DNA of 61,705 nucleotides, filler included. It is 9 parts of 9 records of this genome, joined end to end, with 100 filler letters (N's around TTAATTAATTAA, not from the genome) between each part and the next. Parts side by side here need not be neighbours in the genome. Positions count along the whole stretch, not along the records: positions 5,573 to 11,554 come from SRR31156797_50774; positions 11,655 to 16,696 come from SRR31156797_50825; positions 16,797 to 22,462 come from SRR31156797_50901; 6 more parts are not named here. One strand, written 5' to 3'. A program made the position numbers and the translations under genes. The stretch's first letter is position 1. Each line of letters starts with the position of its first letter. Shown here one piece after another: positions 7,571-17,486 of the stretch. The notes under the pieces were generated by a model. The model saw nothing but the letters and a program-made list of their open reading frames with translations. It was not told where the DNA came from and did not search any database.

Positions 7571-9701
7571 GAAAAAGAAATTTTCCCTTACTTTAATAAA
7601 TAGTTTATCTATTATAATATTTTTAATAGTTGTATCTTTTGGTATTTCTATTTGGGCATACTTTTCTACAGAAAAAGTACTAAATCACAATTTGAAACAG
7701 TACTTTAATCAAACAAAAAACCTAACAAAAATAATAGTATCAAATGAGAAAAAAAGTCTTGATGAGATTACTTTTAAAATAAGTAAGATTCTTTCAAAAG
7801 TAGATGAAAGTAAAAACTCTATAGAGAGATTAATAAGTGATTCAATATCTACTGATCAAGTAGATTTACTCTATTTAGAAAAGGATAAAGAGATTATTGA
7901 TTTTAGTAACTCTTTATTTGACACAGATTATATAATTAAACAAATAAGTAAAAAAAGAGTAAAAGAAGGAAATATCTTTTTAATCATAGAAAACAAAGGA
8001 GAGAAGTTTTTAATTCTTCTTAGTTCTAAAAAGATTATTAATCAAGAAACAGGAAGAGTAAATGCAAAACTTTATGCGGGAAAAATCATAAATGACAACT
8101 TCTCTATAGTTTCTAATATCAAAGAAAATGCCTCTTTAGTAGATGTTTTTGTTTACCATGATGACTACTTAATAGCTACAACTGCAAAAAATGAATTAAC
8201 AAATATAGAGAGTTTAAAAAACAAAGAGATTATAAAGAACAATGACAAGATATATTTCAATGAAAGAGTTGACATTAGCAATAATGACTTTATAAATGTA
8301 ATATATATTATCAATAACTCTTCAATTTCATTATTGAAAAATGATTTTATGAAAGCTGGTATATTATTACTTCTTTTTGTTGTAGTCTCTTTTACAATTT
8401 TATATATCTTCACAAATAGATATTTTATAGAACCCTTCTCAAAACTTCTAAACTTTGCAAAAGAATCAAAAGATAATAAACTAGTGATTTATGAACAGAG
8501 CAATATTTTAGAGTTTGATAACTTTGCCGTGAATCTAAAAGATATTATTGATGAGTTAAGAGATTTAAAAGAGCAATATGCAAGAGCTATTGAGGGAGTT
8601 CAAGATGGACTTTGGGACTTAGATTTAGTAAATGATAGCGCATACTACTCTAGAAGATATTTAGAGATGTTAGGTTATAACTCTTTAGATGAGGTAGATG
8701 ATATTAAAAACTTTTGGAAAAAGAGTGTTCATCCTGCTGATTATAAAAATACTTTAAAGAAACTAGCTAAACACCTAAGAGGAGAAACAAGCTTTTATCA
8801 AGACCATTATAGGTTTAGATGTAAAGATGGTTCTTATAGATGGCTAAGAATTAGAGGAAAAGTATTTTTTGATATAGAAGGAAAACCAATAAGAATGACA
8901 GGTTTCCATACGGATGTTGATGAAATTATTAGACTACAAAAAGATAATAAGAAAAAAGAACAAATGATTTACCAACAAAGTAAATTAGCCTCTATGGGTG
9001 AAATGATTGGTAATATTGCCCACCAATGGAGACAGCCTTTAAATGTAATTAGTACTATCTCTTCAAGTCAAATTATGCAAATAGAGCTTAAGATAGATAA
9101 AAAAGAAGAGACTGTAAGAGATTTAGAAAAAATAGTTGATACAGTTCAATATCTATCTACAATTATTGATAAATTTAGAAACTTCTTTAACCCAAATAAA
9201 GAGATTGAAACATTTAACTTAGAAGATATTATAAAAGAGAATATCGAAATCTTTGAAACTTCATATAAGTCACATGGAATATATCTATATACTGATTTAA
9301 CTCCAGTTAATATAAAAGGTTATAAGTTTGAACTAATGCAAGTAGTTATTAATCTTATTAATAATGCAAAAGATGCTATTCAATCTAATTTAAAACCAGA
9401 AAATAAAAAGTATATCTTTATGAAAAATTATATCGAAGATGATAAGGTTATTATTAAAGTATCTGATAATGCAGGTGGAATTAAAGAGAAAATTAAAGAG
9501 AAGATTTATGAACCATATTTTACTACAAAACATAAATCTCAAGGAACTGGTTTAGGTCTTTATATGTCTTCTGAGATTATAAAAAAGCATTTTAATGGAC
9601 AAATTTATAATGAAACAATTGAGTATGAGTATGAGTATGAAAAAGGAAAATACAAAGGTGAAGAGTTTACAATAGTAATACCTATTAATGTAAATCAATA
9701 G
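7563..9701 (+). CDS. LuxQ-like membrane sensor histidine kinase (periplasmic sensor, PAS, HisKA, HATPase; no receiver domain)
   Basis: Overlaps the luxP stop codon. Two TM helices flank a periplasmic domain. PAS motifs DGLWDLDL, SVHPAD and RCKDGSYRW; H-box SMGEMIGNIAHQWRQPL; NLINNAKDA, DNAGG and GTGLGLY. Confidence 0.88.
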   Translation: MIKKKKFSLTLINSLSIIIFLIVVSFGISIWAYFSTEKVLNHNLKQYFNQTKNLTKIIVSNEKKSLDEITFKISKILSKVDESKNSIERLISDSISTDQVDLLYLEKDKEIIDFSNSLFDTDYIIKQISKKRVKEGNIFLIIENKGEKFLILLSSKKIINQETGRVNAKLYAGKIINDNFSIVSNIKENASLVDVFVYHDDYLIATTAKNELTNIESLKNKEIIKNNDKIYFNERVDISNNDFINVIYIINNSSISLLKNDFMKAGILLLLFVVVSFTILYIFTNRYFIEPFSKLLNFAKESKDNKLVIYEQSNILEFDNFAVNLKDIIDELRDLKEQYARAIEGVQDGLWDLDLVNDSAYYSRRYLEMLGYNSLDEVDDIKNFWKKSVHPADYKNTLKKLAKHLRGETSFYQDHYRFRCKDGSYRWLRIRGKVFFDIEGKPIRMTGFHTDVDEIIRLQKDNKKKEQMIYQQSKLASMGEMIGNIAHQWRQPLNVISTISSSQIMQIELKIDKKEETVRDLEKIVDTVQYLSTIIDKFRNFFNPNKEIETFNLEDIIKENIEIFETSYKSHGIYLYTDLTPVNIKGYKFELMQVVINLINNAKDAIQSNLKPENKKYIFMKNYIEDDKVIIKVSDNAGGIKEKIKEKIYEPYFTTKHKSQGTGLGLYMSSEIIKKHFNGQIYNETIEYEYEYEKGKYKGEEFTIVIPINVNQ

Positions 9702-9704
9702 GTA

Positions 9705-10865
9705 TTAAACTCTAAGTAGGTATTTCCCATATTTTAAAGTCCAAACAAAAAATAAAAGTATCCAAATTGTTGCACTTAAGTGTAAGATATTCATAAACAT
9801 AGTTGAGTTATCTAGTACTAAAATAGAAGCAGCAACTCTTGCTATAACTAAAACCTGTGTTAATACGAAAAGCCATTTAGTAAGTTCATCTGCAATAATA
9901 GGTTGAGCAGGAATTGCGTGACCTAAGCTAACTCTACTTCCAAAACCAATTAATAAAGTTGTCACAAACCCAAGGGCAAAAATATGAAGTCCTAATTTTA
10001 AAATAGAACCTTCTAATAGTGATTCAATAAATATTCCTGCAAAACCTAATGGAAACCATGCAAAACCAAGTACTAAAATCTGTAAAATAGCACTTGTCTT
10101 TTTAAACATATTAAGTTTAATAAATACATATGCAAAGAATAAAAATGATAAAAATGAACTAGCAATAATAAAAGGTTTTAAGTCAAACTGTAAAGCAATA
10201 GCAACAATTGTGATTAGTACAAAAGATAAAGGTTTAATAAACTTAGGTTTTTGCCATGGATTGATTTTTGTATAGGTAAAATAAAACCCTGGAATCATTC
10301 TTAAAGCTACAAAATACACCATATTAATTAAATAAGCAAAGAAGATTAAATAAGATAGGTTTAGACTAAATAAAGCTTCAATAGTAAGAAGAACAGCACC
10401 TATAATAAAAATAGAGTTTAAATAAATACTATCTTCTTTGATAAAGGCTTTTCCTTCTTTTATAGTTGAGTAAAAAATCTTTGCAAAATAAAACATCACT
10501 AATGCAACAATTAGTTTTCCAACTAATGGATTTATCAATAAGCCTATGAAAATACCACCTTGCATAATAATCCATGGCTTTACATATAGGCTTTCTTTAA
10601 TTGCAGGGGCTGCATTATATTTTGGAATAACAGTAATTAAAAACCCTAAGAAAGCATTTGTAAATACTGCATAATTTAGTCCAAAACCATGAATAGTTGA
10701 AAACTCTAAAGATGTTTTACCCATCAAAGAAAATAGGGTCAATATCATTATAAAGATAGAGAAAAAGATTGCACTTACAAAAAACATTTGGTGAGCTTGT
10801 GAACAAAATTTTTCTTTCCATGTTTGTTCTATAATTTGTTGTTTGGGAGAGGTTGAAAATTGCAT
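9705..10865 (-). CDS. nnrS: NnrS-family membrane protein (nitrosative stress)
   Basis: Polytopic; SQAHQMFF, IHGFGL..FLGFLIT and LHIFALGF...SRVSLGH motifs; Crp/Fnr-type box upstream. Confidence 0.8.
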   Translation of the reverse strand: MQFSTSPKQQIIEQTWKEKFCSQAHQMFFVSAIFFSIFIMILTLFSLMGKTSLEFSTIHGFGLNYAVFTNAFLGFLITVIPKYNAAPAIKESLYVKPWIIMQGGIFIGLLINPLVGKLIVALVMFYFAKIFYSTIKEGKAFIKEDSIYLNSIFIIGAVLLTIEALFSLNLSYLIFFAYLINMVYFVALRMIPGFYFTYTKINPWQKPKFIKPLSFVLITIVAIALQFDLKPFIIASSFLSFLFFAYVFIKLNMFKKTSAILQILVLGFAWFPLGFAGIFIESLLEGSILKLGLHIFALGFVTTLLIGFGSRVSLGHAIPAQPIIADELTKWLFVLTQVLVIARVAASILVLDNSTMFMNILHLSATIWILLFFVWTLKYGKYLLRV

Positions 10866-10917
10866 AACATATCCTAATAAATTTTAGGAAGTATTACATA
10901 AAAGAGAGGCTAGTTTA

Positions 10918-10931
10918 TTGATTTTAATCAA
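10918..10931 (-). promoter_or_regulatory. Crp/Fnr-family (FNR/Nss/DNR-type) binding site upstream of nnrS
   Basis: Perfect palindrome TTGAT-TTTA-ATCAA. A candidate extended -10 (TGT-AATACT, minus strand, 10890-10898) places its centre at about -41.5. Confidence 0.8.
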
Positions 10932-10932
10932 T

Positions 10933-10966
10933 AAAAAAAGGCCTGAACATAAAGTCCAGACCTTTT
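10933..10966 (-). terminator. Intrinsic terminator after prpF
   Basis: Minus strand AGGTCTGGAC-ttta-tGTTCAGGCCT followed by a T-run. Confidence 0.75.
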
Positions 10967-10986
10967 AGGTTAGATATATTGTCTAA

Positions 10987-11554
10987 TTAAACGTCCATAG
11001 TGCCAGCAGGTACGTGAACATTACCATCCATGATAATTCTTGCACTTCTACTCATACTAGCTTTTTCTACAATATATTTTCCATCTTTTTGACCTAAGGA
11101 TGCTCCAACCTTGATTGCCCCTGATGGGTGACCGAAAGTAACAGTATCTTTCTCTCCTCCACCAGCGGCAAGGTTAACTAATGTTCCTGGAATACAAGCA
11201 GCAACACCAATTGCAACTGAAGCTGTACCCATCATTGCATGGTGTAATTGTTGCATAGATAAAGCTCTTACATGTAAATCCATTTCATCTGCTTTAACTT
11301 CTTTTCCAGAAGATGTAATAAAGTCTTGAGCAGGACTTACAAATGCAATTTTTGGAGTGTGTTGCTGAGTTAATGCATCCTCGGCACTTTGCATAACACC
11401 CATTTTAAGAGCGCCAGCGATTCTAATTTTTTCAAATTTCTCTAAAGCTTCAGTATCAGAGTTAATATCACCTTGAAGCTCAGTTCCTTTGTATCCAATT
11501 TCATCAGCATTTACAAATACAGTTGGAATACCAGCAGTAATCATAGTAGCTTTA
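10987..11554 (-). CDS. prpF: 2-methylaconitate cis-trans isomerase PrpF, C-terminal part (5' truncated)
   Basis: AGIPTVFV, QHTPKIAFV, RALSMQQLHHAMMGT, FGHPSG and MSRSARIIMDG motifs. Confidence 0.93.
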
Positions 11555-11654
11555 NNNNNNNNNNNNNNNNNNNNNNNNNNNNNNNNNNNNNNNNNNNNTT
11601 AATTAATTAANNNNNNNNNNNNNNNNNNNNNNNNNNNNNNNNNNNNNNNNNNNN
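11555..11654. other. Artificial contig linker
   Basis: N run with TTAATTAATTAA. Confidence 0.99.
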
Positions 11655-12206
11655 GAACTGCATGGCCTGATCGACCTTCATGTCGACCGGCCGGATCTTG
11701 GCTCTCGGGACCATGACGGTAAAACCGCCCAACTGGTAGCTCATGGGCAGATAGACGGCGACCGTCTCATTGTCCCCGATACCCTCGGGCAGGTCGCTGA
11801 AATCGTCGCGTGTTACCAGGCCCATCAGACGCGTCTGGTCGTCGCCTACTGTGACCATGACCGTCTTGTCGAACTCCTTCTGCTTGGAGGCATCGAAGAA
11901 GCCGACGAGGTCGCGCACGGAGCCGTAGATGGATTTGATGCCCGGGATCTTCTGCAGCAGGGTCTCGCCCAGCGAGAAAACCTTGCGCACGACCCAGAGC
12001 TTCAGCAGAATGCCAACGCCCACCGTGAGCAGGAAGCCCGCCAGCACGCCCATGCCGGGGCGGTAATAATCTTTGATGACGTACCGAATGGCCTGGCCCA
12101 GCACCGACTCGGCCGACGTGCCCAGCCAGTAAATCAGATACAGCGTCAGGGCGATCGGGAGGATTGCGATCAGCCCTTGCAGAAAGAGCGTGCCGATCTT
12201 CTTCAT
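11655..12206 (-). CDS. DUF502 membrane protein (3' truncated)
   Basis: FLQGLIAILPIALT, KIPGIKSIYGSVRD and VAVYLPMSYQLGGF motifs. Confidence 0.88.
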
Positions 12207-12311
12207 GGTTCGTTCTCCACACCATTGAATTCCTGTCCCGACGAACCGGTCCCGTTCGAGACGGCCACCATCGTATCACGTTTGCCGGCCGCAAGCAAAA
12301 GGATCGCCTCT

Positions 12312-13259
12312 CTAGAGGGTGACCTGTTCGAGAACGCGATGCAGGATCTGGGCCGAATCCTTCAGTTGCGCCTGTTCCTGGTCGTCCAGCCGGGCGTCGA
12401 TGATGCGCTCGACCCCTTCTTCGCCCACGATGCACGGGACGCTGAGGCAGATGTCATTCAGGCCATACTCGCCTTCGAGATAGGTCGAGACGGTCAGCAC
12501 GCTGCGCTCGTTGCGCAGAATCGCGGCGGTGATGCGCAGCAAGGACAGCCCGATCCCGTAATAGGTCGAACCCTTGTAGTCGATGATGTGATACGCAGAG
12601 TTACGCACCTGCTCGGCGATTTCCTTGTGGTGCTCTCGATAGTCGCACACGTTGCAGGTCTCGCAATACTCGCGAATGGGAATACCGGCGATATGCGTCA
12701 TGCTCCAGGCCGGCACTTCGCTGTCACCGTGTTCCCCCAGGATGTAGGCGTGAACGTTGCGCGCGTCGATCCCGCAATGCCGGCTGAGCAGATATTTGAA
12801 CCGAGCGCTGTCCAGCACCGTCCCGGAACCGATGACTTTCGTCCGGGGCAGCGACAGACATGGCAGCGCCACCTGCGTCAGGGTGTCGACGGGATTGGTG
12901 ACCATGAGCACGACGCCCGTCGGTTTCTGGTCTTCGATCTGCCGGCAGATCGAGCGGATGATGTCGGCATTCTTCTGAATCAGTTCGGTGCGCGACTGGC
13001 CGGGTGTTTGTTTGGCCCCGGCGGTGACCACGATCAACCGCGCATCGGCACAATCGGCGTACTGTCCCGCCTTGACCGAGACCGGGGGGATGAAGGGCAG
13101 GCCATGGGACAGATCCATGACCTCGCCTTCGACGCGATGGGCATCGAGATCGATCAGGGCAATCTCGCTGGCCAATCCCGTCTGCAGCAGGGCATATATA
13201 TAGGTGGTGCCGACCGAGCCGGCGCCGACGACCACGACTTTTCGATCATTTCTCTTCAT
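12312..13259 (-). CDS. ldh: L-lactate dehydrogenase
   Basis: GAGSVG Rossmann motif; TAGAKQTPGQSR with the LDH-type Gln rather than the MDH Arg; NPVD, GSGTVLDSARF, GEHGDS and KGSTYYGI. Confidence 0.93.
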   Translation of the reverse strand: MKRNDRKVVVVGAGSVGTTYIYALLQTGLASEIALIDLDAHRVEGEVMDLSHGLPFIPPVSVKAGQYADCADARLIVVTAGAKQTPGQSRTELIQKNADIIRSICRQIEDQKPTGVVLMVTNPVDTLTQVALPCLSLPRTKVIGSGTVLDSARFKYLLSRHCGIDARNVHAYILGEHGDSEVPAWSMTHIAGIPIREYCETCNVCDYREHHKEIAEQVRNSAYHIIDYKGSTYYGIGLSLLRITAAILRNERSVLTVSTYLEGEYGLNDICLSVPCIVGEEGVERIIDARLDDQEQAQLKDSAQILHRVLEQVTL

Positions 13260-13407
13260 TTTCGCTGCTCCTTTCTGGGGAACTTGATACGTCCGATATG
13301 CCGGCTTGTGCAGGCCAAGTCGGCTAAATCCGCGGTCCGGAAGAACCTATCCACGTCCGGGCAAGTATATTGATGCAGTCCTGGCGTATGCGCCGAGCAG
13401 GAAAGGA

Positions 13408-13436
13408 TTGCACTGGACGGCGCCAGAGCCTATGAT
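13408..13436 (+). promoter_or_regulatory. Sigma70-type promoter for the metal efflux operon
   Basis: TTGCAC-17 nt-TATGAT upstream of the His/Cys-rich ORF. Confidence 0.6.
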
Positions 13437-13474
13437 AGGTGGTGCATACGGCGTGATTGGATAGGGTATCTGAC

Positions 13475-13879
13475 GTGAAACGACACCGACAACATATGGT
13501 TGGGCTTGCTTGTCTTTGCCTGGTGATGGGCTTGGCGCACGGGCTGCTTCTATGCGTGGGCTGCGATGGTCACGTGTCGCTGCATTCGGGTCTTCACGCC
13601 CACGACCACGCCGGCGCGGCGGTGCCGATGGACCGGCAGTCGGAAGACAGCCACGAGGATGGGCACAGTCATTGCAGTCGTTGCGTCGATATCCCGCTGT
13701 CGATGGCGGTGATCAAGGGCCAGGTGGGAGTCGATCCCGTGGGGCCTCTGGCGTGTCTGTGTGACACCGGCTGCGATGTTACCGCGTTGCGGACCGAACG
13801 GTACGGTCTGCATCGGATCCCCACCATTGACAACACTTCTTATTTCACTCCTCTGAGCAGTATCATCTTGGTCGTCTAG
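13475..13879 (+). CDS. His/Cys-rich small hypothetical protein (possibly CzcI-like metal-associated); start uncertain
   Basis: Hydrophobic N-terminus, LCVGCDGHV, HAHDH and HSHCSRCVDIPL; first gene ahead of the TolC/MFP genes. Confidence 0.65.
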   Translation: MKRHRQHMVGLACLCLVMGLAHGLLLCVGCDGHVSLHSGLHAHDHAGAAVPMDRQSEDSHEDGHSHCSRCVDIPLSMAVIKGQVGVDPVGPLACLCDTGCDVTALRTERYGLHRIPTIDNTSYFTPLSSIILVV

Positions 13880-14004
13880 CCTGCGCGCGATCCCGTCGTT
13901 GCCATGACGGGGTTTGCCCGTGTCCGTGAAGTCCTGCCCTCCGAGAAGAAGGCCTACGGACTGCATTCCCGACGATAAGAACCAGAGAAGTGAGGTTACG
14001 ATTC

Positions 14005-15381
14005 ATGGGTTTCAAGTATTTCTGCCGACGGTCCGTTTGGCTGGCGTTGCTGGTCTTGGGTTGTGCGCACGGCCGTGCAGTCCCGCCATTGCCGGGCGCC
14101 GAGCCGGTGCGTTCCGTGCCTGCTTCGCCACAGGCCTCGGGCGACCTCGTTGAGCCAAATGGCGTCGTTACCTTGGCCGATGCGGTCGGCTTCGCCCTGG
14201 TGAATCATGCGACGCTACGCGCTTTCCCGTGGGAGCGTCGGGCGGCTGAGGCGCGCGAGTTGCAGGCCGCTCTGCGGCCGAATCCCGAGTTGGAGTTCGA
14301 GATCGAGGAATTCGGAGGCTCAGACGACCGCAGCGGTTTCGACGGGGCTGAGATGTCCCTGCAACTGGGCCAATTGATCGAACTGGGCGACAAACGGTTC
14401 CGACGCACGCGGGTGGCGGAGATCGACAAAGACCTGACCCAGTGGGACTATGAATCGCAGCGGCTCGATGTGATGTACGAGGTGACCGCCGCCTTCATCG
14501 AGACCCTGGCGGCCCAGGAGCAGTTGGCCCTGGTGCGGGAGCTGGTTGGCCTTTCCGACGCGACCTATCAGGCCGTCGAGCAGCGTGTCGTCGCCGGCAA
14601 GGATTCCCCCGTCGAGCAGGCCAGAGCCAAAGTGGCCGCCGCCAATGCCACGCTGGGGTTGGCCCGGGCCCAGCAGCGGCTCACCTCGGCTCGGATGCAG
14701 TTAGCCTTGGCCTGGGGCAGCGAAACGCCTCGATTCGGCACCGTCCGGGGCGACTTCTACCGAGTCGCGCCGGTCCCGGCCCTTGGTGAACTGGCGCCCA
14801 TGGTCGGCGACAATCCCGACCTGGCCCGCTGGGAAGCGCAGATGCGCCGGCGCTGGGCCGTGCTGGAAGTGGAGAAGGCCAAGCGCGTTCCGGACGTGGG
14901 CCTGCGCGCGGGCGTGAGCCATTTCAACGAAACCGACGACACCGCATTTATCATGGGCTTTTCTATTCCTCTACCGGCCTTCAACCGCAACCAGGGCGGG
15001 ATCGAAGCGGCCGGGCAGATGCTCGCCAAGACGCGGGATGATCGCGCCGCCGCTACGATGGGCGTCCGAACAGCCCTGGCCCGGGCGCTGGAAGAGGCCT
15101 CCATCGCGTTCATCGAGGCGAGCGTCCTGGCCGATGATGTGTTGCCCACGGCCCAGAAGGCCTTTGAGGCCATCGACGAGGGCTACCGCCAGGGCAAGTT
15201 CGACTATCTCGAAGTTCTGGATGCACAGCGGACGCTGTTCGAGGCCCGCATGCAATACGTCTCATCACTAACCAGCTATCACAAGACGGTGGCCGCAGCA
15301 GAACGGCTGATCGGCCAACGGTTGAACATTGTGAACATGACGCCTGATCACAACGAAACGGGAGGGACCAGCGATGACTAG
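14005..15381 (+). CDS. TolC/CzcC-family outer membrane efflux lipoprotein
   Basis: Lipobox LVLGC, RPNPEL, QLIELGDKR, PLPAFNRNQG and GYRQGKFDYLEVLDAQRTL. ATG 14005 chosen for the GAGGT RBS. Confidence 0.92.
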   Translation: MGFKYFCRRSVWLALLVLGCAHGRAVPPLPGAEPVRSVPASPQASGDLVEPNGVVTLADAVGFALVNHATLRAFPWERRAAEARELQAALRPNPELEFEIEEFGGSDDRSGFDGAEMSLQLGQLIELGDKRFRRTRVAEIDKDLTQWDYESQRLDVMYEVTAAFIETLAAQEQLALVRELVGLSDATYQAVEQRVVAGKDSPVEQARAKVAAANATLGLARAQQRLTSARMQLALAWGSETPRFGTVRGDFYRVAPVPALGELAPMVGDNPDLARWEAQMRRRWAVLEVEKAKRVPDVGLRAGVSHFNETDDTAFIMGFSIPLPAFNRNQGGIEAAGQMLAKTRDDRAAATMGVRTALARALEEASIAFIEASVLADDVLPTAQKAFEAIDEGYRQGKFDYLEVLDAQRTLFEARMQYVSSLTSYHKTVAAAERLIGQRLNIVNMTPDHNETGGTSDD

Positions 15382-16696
15382 AAAGACGATCGCACTTTTA
15401 TTCGGACTTCTGCTTGGCGCACTCTGCCTGGGTGTGGTGGTGGCCAAGAACCCGCGCTTTCGGGCGTCCCTGGCGCAGGCCAGCGCGACCGAGGTCGACC
15501 CAGACCAAGCGCACCCTCATCCTCACCCCAGCTCCGACGAGCAAGATCACGCTCATGGGGCTGACACCGGCCACGAGGGCGATCCTGGCGTCGCTCCCGT
15601 CGAACCGGCAGGAGCCGACGTCCATGCGCATCTACCTGAAGACGATGGGCATGCACATCCCCCTTCGCCTGCAAACGATCAGCAGAGCCAGGCGGCGCCG
15701 GACGAACACGATCACGAGCCGGGCGTGGTGCATTTGGAGGCGCAGCGCATCGCCGAGTTGGGGATTGAAGTGGTCGCGGTGACGTCAGGTGAGGTCAAGG
15801 CCTATGCGCGTCTGTCGGGCGAGATCAAGCTCAATACGGATCAGGTCGCGCACATCGTCCCGCAGGTCTCCGGGATCGTGCGTCGTGTCCTCAAGACCGT
15901 TGGGGATCGTGTCGAGCCAGGCGAAGTCATCGCCTGGCTCGAAAGTGCCAAGCTGGGGGACACGAAGGTTCAATACCTGGCCAAACTGGCCGAGACCACT
16001 TGCTGTGCCCTGGAGCTGACACGGGCCCAACAAGTTCATGATGGTACGATGCGACTACTGACGGAGTTGGAGTCACGGCCCGCGCTGGAGGCCCTCACGG
16101 ATACGAAGGGTGCGTCCATGGGAAAGAACCTGAGCCAACTGGTTCCGGCCTATGCCGAGTGGGTTCTCGCCGAGAAGACCTATCGGCGCGAAAAGGCCCT
16201 GAATGAGCAGCAGATCACGAGCCAGGGGGAATTCCTGGCGGCCGAGAACGCACTCAAGAAAGCCGAAGCCGTCTACCACGCGACTCGTGACAGTGTCGCC
16301 TATGACGTCCAGCACGAATTGCTTGAAGCCCAGCGGGTCCAACGCATCCGTCAGATCGAGTTGACCAGCGCCGAAAGACGCTTGTACGTGCTGGGACTGA
16401 CGGCCAGGGACATACACCGTCTCGAGCAAATGGACCAGCAGAGCAATGCGACCGGCGACTGCGATGATCCCAACTGTCCGCAGTGCCGCCAGGTGACGCA
16501 GGAAAAGGTCGCCGCCGTGGTGGCTGAGGCGGACCATGAGTGTGACGACCCGAACTGCCAGGATTGCGTTGAGCACCTCCACGCGGAGACCGGCCATGAG
16601 TGTGACGATCCGAACTGTCAGGATTGTGTTGACCATGTTCACCGGGAAACGGCTGCCGAATTGCCCGAAGCGGGTTCGTACGAGCAACGCCTGGCG
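15374..16696 (+). CDS. CzcB-like RND periplasmic adaptor with His-rich N-terminus and Cys/His repeats (3' truncated)
   Basis: AHIVPQVSGIVRRVLKTVGDRVEPGEVIAWLES lipoyl-like motif and REKALNEQQITS hairpin; overlaps the czcC-like gene. Confidence 0.88.
16534..16652 (+). repeat. 60-bp in-frame tandem duplication encoding HECDDPNCQDCVxHxHxET
   Basis: ccatgagtgtgacgacccgaactgccaggattg recurs 60 nt later as ccatgagtgtgacgatccgaactgtcaggattg; a degenerate third copy (DCDDPNCPQC) lies near 16457. Confidence 0.9.
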
Positions 16697-16796
16697 NNNN
16701 NNNNNNNNNNNNNNNNNNNNNNNNNNNNNNNNNNNNNNNNTTAATTAATTAANNNNNNNNNNNNNNNNNNNNNNNNNNNNNNNNNNNNNNNNNNNN
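16697..16796. other. Artificial contig linker
   Basis: N run with TTAATTAATTAA. Confidence 0.99.
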
Positions 16797-16865
16797 CTAG
16801 CCGAAACCGGCGGCTTCTCCAACCGGCGTTAACACTATGAGACAACGCGGTTCGGCACGGTACCG

Positions 16866-17459
16866 TTAGAGATGGTCTTCGATTCGGCGAGCCATTTCAA
16901 GGGGATCGGCTCCGTGCGGGAAATGAGCCAGATATTTCCCGGTCCGGTCCATCAGGTAGGTGTAGGCGCTGTGATCGATCAGATAGTCTTCGGGATCGTT
17001 CGGGTCTTCCTGGACCTTCGCATAGAACACACGATAGGCGCGGGCGGCCGCCTTTACCTGCTCCAACGATCCGGTCAGGCCGATCAGGCTTGGATGGAAA
17101 GCGGCCGCATACTCCCCTATTCCTTCGGTATCGTCCCGTTCCGGATCGACGGTGACGAAGATCGGGACAATTTCGGCCGCTTTGTCGCCGAGGGCATCAA
17201 GGCTTTCGGCGATGGCGGTCAGGGAGGTTGGGCAGACATCGGGACAATAGGTGTAGCCGAAATAGACCAGCATGAATTTTCCGCGGAAGTCTTCGTCGCG
17301 AACCGTGTTGCCGTGCGAATCGACCAAGGTGAAGGGGCCGCCGATCTCGACCGACGCCGTATCGTCTTCCCAGAACATTCCAAGGTAATGGCGGCTGGCC
17401 AGCAGCGCGACCGCGACCAATGCCAAGACAGCGACGATGCCCGTCAGTTTATTGCGCAT
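16866..17459 (-). CDS. SCO1/SenC copper chaperone
   Basis: IGGPFTL, YFGYTYCPDVCP, TVDPERD and YLIDHS motifs. Confidence 0.95.
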   Translation of the reverse strand: MRNKLTGIVAVLALVAVALLASRHYLGMFWEDDTASVEIGGPFTLVDSHGNTVRDEDFRGKFMLVYFGYTYCPDVCPTSLTAIAESLDALGDKAAEIVPIFVTVDPERDDTEGIGEYAAAFHPSLIGLTGSLEQVKAAARAYRVFYAKVQEDPNDPEDYLIDHSAYTYLMDRTGKYLAHFPHGADPLEMARRIEDHL

Positions 17460-17486
17460 TTTAATCCGTTCCCCCGAGTTTCCGGT

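Noticed and set aside
12177-13373. 398-aa plus-strand ORF
   Set aside because: Antisense shadow of ldh.
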